36,937 nucleotides of DNA from positions 1-36,937 of IMG/VR virus record IMGVR_UViG_3300045988_048969. One strand, written 5' to 3'. Of the stretch, positions 33,911-36,937 are shown piece after piece; within the stretch, counting starts at the first letter, position 1; every line of letters starts with the position of its first letter. Position numbers and translations under genes: made by a program. Source of the stretch: a virus. The notes beneath the pieces are model-generated. The model searched no databases and was not told the origin of the DNA. It worked only from the letters and a program-made list of their open reading frames with translations.

Positions 33911-34336
33911 ATGTATAATCCAATCAATGACAGAATTAATAATTTAATGAATCAAAAGCAGATGATTGAATCGCAGTTACAAAACATTCAACAGTTAGCA
34001 AATATTCCACCTATTAACATCAATAACCAAATTACACCTAATATGGCATTGAATGATTTTAATGGAAAATGGGTCAATAATGAACAAGAAGCAAGGAATA
34101 TGATGGTGAATGGTTTGCCTAGTATTATGCTAGATAGAAATGATTCAGTATTCTATATGAAGTCTTTAGATGGCAGTTTCAAGAAATACAGATTCCAAGA
34201 AGAAACAGAACCGAAGAAAGACAATATAGAACAACGCTTAGACAAGCTAGAAGCTATGATATTAAGCTTAAAAGACGGAAGTAATATAAATGCAAGGGTA
34301 AATAAAGAAACGCCTAGAAAGGAGCTTAAAGCGTGA
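33911..34336 (+). CDS. N/Q-rich hypothetical protein (accessory cluster gene 1)
   Basis: ATG 33911 behind AGAGGTGA. Confidence 0.6.
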   Translation: MYNPINDRINNLMNQKQMIESQLQNIQQLANIPPININNQITPNMALNDFNGKWVNNEQEARNMMVNGLPSIMLDRNDSVFYMKSLDGSFKKYRFQEETEPKKDNIEQRLDKLEAMILSLKDGSNINARVNKETPRKELKA

Positions 34337-34542
34337 ATCCTTTAATGAATATGATGAACCCTCAACAAATGTTGTTGGGTATGTTACAACAAAGAAATCC
34401 ACAAGCATTTAATCAAGTTCAACAATTAATGCAGAGTGGGCAGAATCCCCAAATATTGCTTAACAATATGATGGGGCAACTTACGCCACAACAGAAACAA
34501 CAGTTTGAAAATGTGGCAAATCAATATGGGCTAAAACGCTAA
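34333..34542 (+). CDS. Q/N/M-rich 69-aa protein (accessory cluster gene 2)
   Basis: GTG start behind AAGGAG with GTGA overlap; 17 of 69 residues are Gln. Confidence 0.55.
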   Translation: MNPLMNMMNPQQMLLGMLQQRNPQAFNQVQQLMQSGQNPQILLNNMMGQLTPQQKQQFENVANQYGLKR

Positions 34543-34566
34543 TTGCGTTGAAAGGAGGAAATATAA

Positions 34567-35178
34567 ATGGAAAGCATGAATGGTATTCAACCAATGTACG
34601 ATTTAGCAGACAGAAATAACAATGAATGGGGTAGTGGAAATTGGATTTGGATTATCCTTTTATTCTTATTATTTGGTGGAAATTGGGGTAACAATGGCAA
34701 CCTACAGAATGATGAATTAATGAATCAAGAATTTATTAAGCGTGATTTATTCAACACAAATCAGAATGTATCTAGCCAAGGTTTCCAAAATTCAAGAGAC
34801 ATTCTAGAAAGCCGATACACAACTCAATTAGGCTTGCAGAATCTAGGACAACAGAATCAAGAATGTTGTTGTGCAACGCAAAGAGCGATTGATGGAGTAA
34901 ATACACAGAGCTTTAAGAATACGTGTGATATTACCACTGCAATTCACTCAGAAGGCGAAGCAACAAGAGCATTGATTAATGCAAATACAATGCAAGAATT
35001 GCGTGATAAATTAGCAGACAGAGATAGAGATTTATTAACTGCAAACTTCCAATTAAGCCAACAGGCGCAATCTGCTAATATCATTAACACATTGCAACCA
35101 ACACCAAAACCTGCATATCTTACTTGCTCACCTTATTATGCATACAATATGACAGGTTGTGGATGTAACCAAATCTAG
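34567..35178 (+). CDS. Membrane-anchored Cys-motif protein (accessory cluster gene 3)
   Basis: TM helix WIWIILLFLLFGG, G/N-rich spacer, ECCCATQRA, and C-terminal CSPYYAYNMTGCGCNQI. Confidence 0.6.
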   Translation: MESMNGIQPMYDLADRNNNEWGSGNWIWIILLFLLFGGNWGNNGNLQNDELMNQEFIKRDLFNTNQNVSSQGFQNSRDILESRYTTQLGLQNLGQQNQECCCATQRAIDGVNTQSFKNTCDITTAIHSEGEATRALINANTMQELRDKLADRDRDLLTANFQLSQQAQSANIINTLQPTPKPAYLTCSPYYAYNMTGCGCNQI

Positions 35179-35213
35179 CTCGAAAGAGATTAGGCAATAG
35201 CCTTTGGATTATA

Positions 35214-35242
35214 GGGTAGTCGAAAGGCTACCCATTTATTTT
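35214..35242 (+). terminator. Hairpin with GAAA tetraloop and T-rich tail
   Basis: GGGTAGTC(35214-35221) GAAA GGCTACCC(35226-35233), then ATTTATTTT. Confidence 0.5.
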
Positions 35243-35259
35243 ATAGGAGGAAAAGAAAA

Positions 35260-35679
35260 ATGATTAATAGTATAGCAACGGCAGTACAAACAGTAGCGAA
35301 TGGACAAAATGTATTATTTCCAACGGACAGAGTAAGAACGAAATCTTGTCAATGTGCATGTAAAGGTTGGCTTGCTCATGATGTAGGAAGTGGATTGTTT
35401 ACATTGACAAAACAAGGAATTTATGAAGTAGAATATACGGCAGATATTACAAGCACAACGGTAGGAGTAGCTTCTTTAGAATTAGAACAGAATGGAGAAG
35501 CAGTAGGAGGAACAGAATCTTTATATAATGTAGCTACTGCAAGCGCATATGGAAATGTAAGTGGAGCTACATTGATTCAAGTACCTTGTGGAGCTTCTTA
35601 CACGATTACACTAGGAAATAACAGTGGCTTAGATTTATCTGTTCAAAATGCAAATATCATCATTAAGAAATTAGCGTAG
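35260..35679 (+). CDS. BclA-C-terminal-domain-like (C1q/TNF-like jelly-roll) protein without collagen repeats
   Basis: FTLTKQGIYEVEYTADI...LELEQNGEAVGGTES...NANIIIKKLA resembles, from memory, the Bacillus exosporium BclA / ExsFA C-terminal domain. Confidence 0.45.
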   Translation: MINSIATAVQTVANGQNVLFPTDRVRTKSCQCACKGWLAHDVGSGLFTLTKQGIYEVEYTADITSTTVGVASLELEQNGEAVGGTESLYNVATASAYGNVSGATLIQVPCGASYTITLGNNSGLDLSVQNANIIIKKLA

Positions 35680-35686
35680 GTGTATC

Positions 35687-36124
35687 ATGCAAGAGGTTAG
35701 AAAAAGGAATCTAGACCTCTTAACCGAAGCAATGAGAGGACTAGAAAAAGGATACAATGATTTAGATTTTAAAGTCATGAGCCAAGCCTTAGACAACATC
35801 AAAGACATTGATACAATATTGGCTATGAGTGATGGAAGAACGGCTATAAATGCATTAAGAACAAATGACACAGATATTGAAGGAACAGAAATTGATGACA
35901 ATATTGCATTGATGAATAGCCATTTTAGAAAATACATAGAAGCAAAAAAAGAATATCGAAAAGATAACAATGAAATTGATAAACGAACATCTATTCGTGA
36001 GTTAGAAGCTTTTTTGAGCGCTATGTATGGAATCTTAGAAGAAATGAAAACGTCTAGCGACTTTCAAGAAGAAAGAGAAATGGTCAGAGATAAATTAAGA
36101 GAAATGTTCTCTGTATATCAGTAA
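35687..36124 (+). CDS. Acidic helical hypothetical protein (accessory cluster gene 5)
   Basis: ATG behind TAGGTG. Confidence 0.55.
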   Translation: MQEVRKRNLDLLTEAMRGLEKGYNDLDFKVMSQALDNIKDIDTILAMSDGRTAINALRTNDTDIEGTEIDDNIALMNSHFRKYIEAKKEYRKDNNEIDKRTSIRELEAFLSAMYGILEEMKTSSDFQEEREMVRDKLREMFSVYQ

Positions 36125-36130
36125 TAAAAA

Positions 36131-36174
36131 CCTCTTTTATGTGCTATAATTGGTACATAAAGGAGGATTTTTTT
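36131..36174 (+). terminator. Long hairpin plus T-run whose 3' arm contains the endolysin SD
   Basis: CCTCTTTTATGT(36131-36142) pairs with ACATAAAGGAGG(36155-36166), with one G-U pair; followed by ATTTTTTT. Confidence 0.6.
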
Positions 36175-36175
36175 A

Positions 36176-36937
36176 ATAAATTATCAAAGTTTTAAAAAAG
36201 CCGTATTAGGCAAAGCATTCGACATTGACGGATATTATGGTGCGCAGTGTTGGGACGGATTCGCAAAGTACATGATTGATTTAGGCTATCAAGCTATCCA
36301 TTGCACAACAAGTAGCTTTGTTAAGGACATTTGGAACAATCGAAAAACAAATGGTATCTTGAACTATTGTAATGAGGTCTCAATTATGCAACCGGGAGAC
36401 ATTGCGGTATTTAAAGAAGTAGCAGGATGGACTCCATACTCACATATCGCAATCTTTGATTCTGATATTGACGGAAAGCAAGGATGGTTCTTGGGTCAAA
36501 ATCAAGGTGGAAAAGGCGGAGCATTCAATTTAATTAAATTACCTTATTTTGCAACCTTTGATACTGCGTTTAGACCTAAATGTTTCGCAAATACAGGAGC
36601 AGTTAAACCAAGCATTCCACAACCTGTAGAAGCAATTGACCAAATCTTGCACGCAGGAAGCTACGTAACATCCGTACAAATGAAGATTGGCAATCAAGGA
36701 TTGAAACAAATCAATGGCGATTTATGCGCATACCTTGCACAATTAGGTGGTTGGTTTCCAATTCGTATGGTTGACAAAGTTCGCTATTCTGATGGATATA
36801 ATGATAACGTATTGCATACAACAAATGCCGTTGTCTACGTTACAAGAATCCGTGTTGATGAAGTCAACGTGCAAAAGAATCTTGCGAAAATCGGTGGAAT
36901 TTGGGTAAATTGTGGTCCATTAATTGAAGTAGCATAA
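36176..36937 (+). CDS. CHAP-domain endolysin with C-terminal SH3b-like cell-wall-binding domain, ATA start
   Basis: Frame opens after TAA 36158-36160. ATA 36176 lies 9 nt after AGGAGG 36161-36166. The catalytic-Cys motif YYGAQCWDG (TGT 36248-36250) lies upstream of the first ATG (36272); His motif YSHIAIF; ends TAA 36935-36937. Confidence 0.85.
   Translation: MNYQSFKKAVLGKAFDIDGYYGAQCWDGFAKYMIDLGYQAIHCTTSSFVKDIWNNRKTNGILNYCNEVSIMQPGDIAVFKEVAGWTPYSHIAIFDSDIDGKQGWFLGQNQGGKGGAFNLIKLPYFATFDTAFRPKCFANTGAVKPSIPQPVEAIDQILHAGSYVTSVQMKIGNQGLKQINGDLCAYLAQLGGWFPIRMVDKVRYSDGYNDNVLHTTNAVVYVTRIRVDEVNVQKNLAKIGGIWVNCGPLIEVA

Larger units (their letters stand above)
500..36937 (+). mobile_element. Temperate siphovirus-like prophage; left end near integrase, right end beyond window
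   Basis: Canonical order int, repressor, early/recombination/replication, late activator, terS/terL, portal, head, tail, holin, endolysin. attL is expected within 456-618; attR is not present. Confidence 0.9.

Noticed and set aside
4086-36178. ATA starts as sequencing errors or base-modification miscalls (G read as A)
   Set aside because: This would need ten or more independent errors exactly at the third base of start codons. Dozens of ATG starts in similar contexts (for example gaaATGa) are intact, and no common flanking motif exists. Raw reads are still needed to exclude it formally.

Overview
AT-rich (Firmicutes-like) window that is almost entirely one temperate siphovirus-type prophage, nearly all on the + strand. 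Gene order: a flanking membrane-protein gene, tyrosine integrase (attL side), a divergent secreted-protein and XRE-repressor pair, then an early region (ERF, NinB-like, RusA-like, replication organizer with internal iterons, DUF3310, dimeric-dUTPase-like, SSB). Next come a sigma-region-4-like late activator, a tRNA gene, a ParB-like/DpdA-like/QueT-like block, terS/terL and portal. A tail-fibre-like cassette follows, then the head module, the tail module (tape measure 28594-31173) and holin. A 5-gene accessory cluster precedes a complete CHAP endolysin that ends at the window edge; attR is not in the window. All functional calls come from reading motifs and synteny by eye, with no searches run. 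Main result: at least ten genes can only begin at ATA codons placed behind strong Shine-Dalgarno sites. They include portal, major capsid, major tail, tape measure, Dit, endolysin, RusA and QueT, and the supplied ATG/GTG/TTG ORF track truncates all of them. The phage tRNA at 13744-13819 keeps hallmark initiator-tRNA features (unpaired 1:72, A73, A11:U24, fMet-like D stem and variable loop) but carries a UAU anticodon. Together these suggest a phage-private AUA initiation system. Other points are a minimal dpdA-queT 7-deazaguanine module beside a ParB-like gene broken at a G7 tract, a fibre cassette misplaced inside the head module, and an exosporium-like accessory cluster splitting holin from endolysin.
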